DNA from: the human T2T-CHM13v2.0 reference genome, Homo sapiens
Direction: 5' to 3' (one strand)
Assembly: GCF_009914755.1 (NCBI RefSeq)
Contig: NC_060926.1
DNA length: 64,000 nt
How positions within the stretch are numbered: the first letter of the stretch is position 1; each line of letters opens with the position of its first letter. The translations under genes and the position numbers were made by a program. Below are positions 62,074 to 64,000 of the stretch, piece by piece. The notes beneath the pieces were generated by a model. That model ran no database searches. It was not told the origin of the DNA and saw only the letters and a program-made list of their open reading frames with translations.

Positions 62074-62820
62074 AAGATGGGAACAACAGACACTGGAGGC
62101 CACTAGAGGGCGTGGGCGGGAGGAAGGTGAGGGCTGAAAAACTACCTACTGGGTACTATGCTCATTACCTGGGTGATGGGATCACTTGTATACTAAACCT
62201 CAGCAACATGCAACTTACCCATGTAACAAACTGATACACATACCCCCTGAACTTAAAAGTTGAAAAAAAAGACAAATAAATAAACATTTGCTTTAGAAAC
62301 AAATAGCCATAACAGGAAGAAATGAGTATCGACTATTTTATTGTTACTTTTATTGATTGTCAGGCTGGTCAGAGTGATCCACTTGCGGATTCCTATAGAC
62401 TTCAGAAACCTCCTACTATGCATAGGCAAAAGCCTATGAGAACATGAAGCAACATCCCGAAAGGCAGCAGAACTTGCAGAAAGAATGCAGCTAGGAAAAA
62501 TTTAGTAACATTCACTGTTCCGATTTAACAGCTCAAAGGTCACAAAAACCTAGCTCTGAATTCAGGATTCTACTTGTTTTAGAGAACAAAAGCGACATGA
62601 AAGGCCTTTGTGAGGTTTTGTTTAAATGACAAACTCTCCCACCAGCACTACGTAGAAAGGCGGTCAATGTATAATATGAAAAATTAAATATTTTTCATGA
62701 GTTTTTGGAGGACAGATCCTGGTGTTGTTCTGAGTATTGGTATGAGCAAAGCAGAGCCTATGCCCCAGTTGTCACACTCATGGAGAAAAAGCGGAATGCA
62801 TATTCCAAAACAATAGGTAA

Positions 62821-63149
<329 letters not shown>

Positions 63150-63198
63150 TGAAACATAATTTTTTATGAAGCATCTGCTTTGCAAAAGAACTCAAATA

Positions 63199-63572
63199 CA
63201 GTCATGTGTCTCTTAACAACAGGGCTACATTCTGAGAAACGCATCATGAGGTGGTTCTATCATTGTGCAAACATCGCCGAGTGTACTTACACAGACCTAG
63301 ATGGGATAGCGTACTGCATACCTAGACTATGTGGTATGGCCTACTGCTCCTAGGCTACAAACCTACAGCATGTTACTAGACTGAATACTATAGGCAACTG
63401 TAACACAATGGTATTTGTGTATCTAAACACATCTAAACATAGGAAAGGTAATGTGTTGCAATTCGACCTTACAATGTCACTAAGCAAGAGAAGTTTTCCA
63501 GCTCCATTTTAATCTATAGGACCACTGTCATGTATGCAGTGGACCCAAACATCATTATGCAGCACACAACTG
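63199..63572 (+). mobile_element. Tigger3a/MER7-type DNA element
   Basis: TA|CAGTCATGTGTC...GCAGCACACAACTG|TA; GAGTGTACTTACACAGACCTAGATGG. Confidence 0.88.
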
Positions 63573-63819
63573 TACTTCAAAAAGAATTAGGAAAACAGGG
63601 TTTAAAGTCTGAGAGTCCAAGAAGACTCAGGGTTTCCTGCTTTCCCCATGCTTAGCACAGACCGTAGAGGGGCCCCTCAGGCTAAGGCACAGAATGACTG
63701 CAGTGGCTCTGGGTGTGCCACTGCCCAGGTCCCCTCATGAGCAAGTGTGGATGGCAGGGACCTCCTTGCTCCTCACTGGGATGTACCATCTCCTGCTGGC
63801 ACGTTAGCTTCCCCACTCC

Positions 63820-64000
63820 ACACATATTCACCAAGTGCCTACTGTTTGTTCTAGGCTCTGCAGATGCCATGATGAAAGAGAAAGACAAGTCCTTGCCCTG
63901 TCCTCAGGGAGCTTACATTCAAGTGAAGGCAGACAAATATTTTAAAAGTCAACAAAGGGCCAGGCACAGCTCACTTGAGGCCAGGAGTCTGAGACCAGCC
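63820..64000. mobile_element. L2 3' fragment (minus) followed by the start of an Alu (63957 onward, plus)
   Basis: ATTCACCAAGTGCCTACTG...GGAGCTTACATTC; GGCCAGGCAC...GAGGCCAGGAG. Confidence 0.65.

Noticed and set aside
62421-62698. Short hairpins CATAGGC-AAAA-GCCTATG and ATGAAAAAT-N5-ATTTTTCAT as an ncRNA or terminator
   Set aside because: Stems of 7-9 bp are expected by chance in 64 kb; no miRNA-length stem or snoRNA boxes seen.

Overview
Primate (human-like) non-coding genomic DNA that is mostly interspersed repeats. I recognise no host protein-coding exon, RNA gene, CRISPR array or prokaryotic feature, and I cannot name the locus. Main elements: (1) a ~3.7 kb 31/34-bp minisatellite (10444-14167), apparently grown out of an L2 remnant, whose minus strand has no stop codon in any frame; this explains the three giant ORFs. 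(2) A four-level transposon nest at ~15.9-26.5 kb: Alu in a full-length HSMAR2, in a truncated L1M, in ORF1 of a near-full-length ancient L1M. (3) A full-length L1PA2/PA3-type element (54760-60828, minus) with no net frameshift, one nonsense codon per ORF and an intact ORF0; it lies inside an older 5'-inverted (twin-primed) L1 whose 14-bp TSD is still readable. (4) MER6 split by LTR8, other solo LTRs and ~25 Alus. (5) Unique islands with a perfect palindromic RFX X-box, an AP-1/ETS cluster and candidate minus-strand exons. Subfamily names come from recalled consensus sequences, and boundaries of old repeats are approximate. I see no firm evidence for a new biological system; the VNTR and the exon/enhancer candidates are the best leads.
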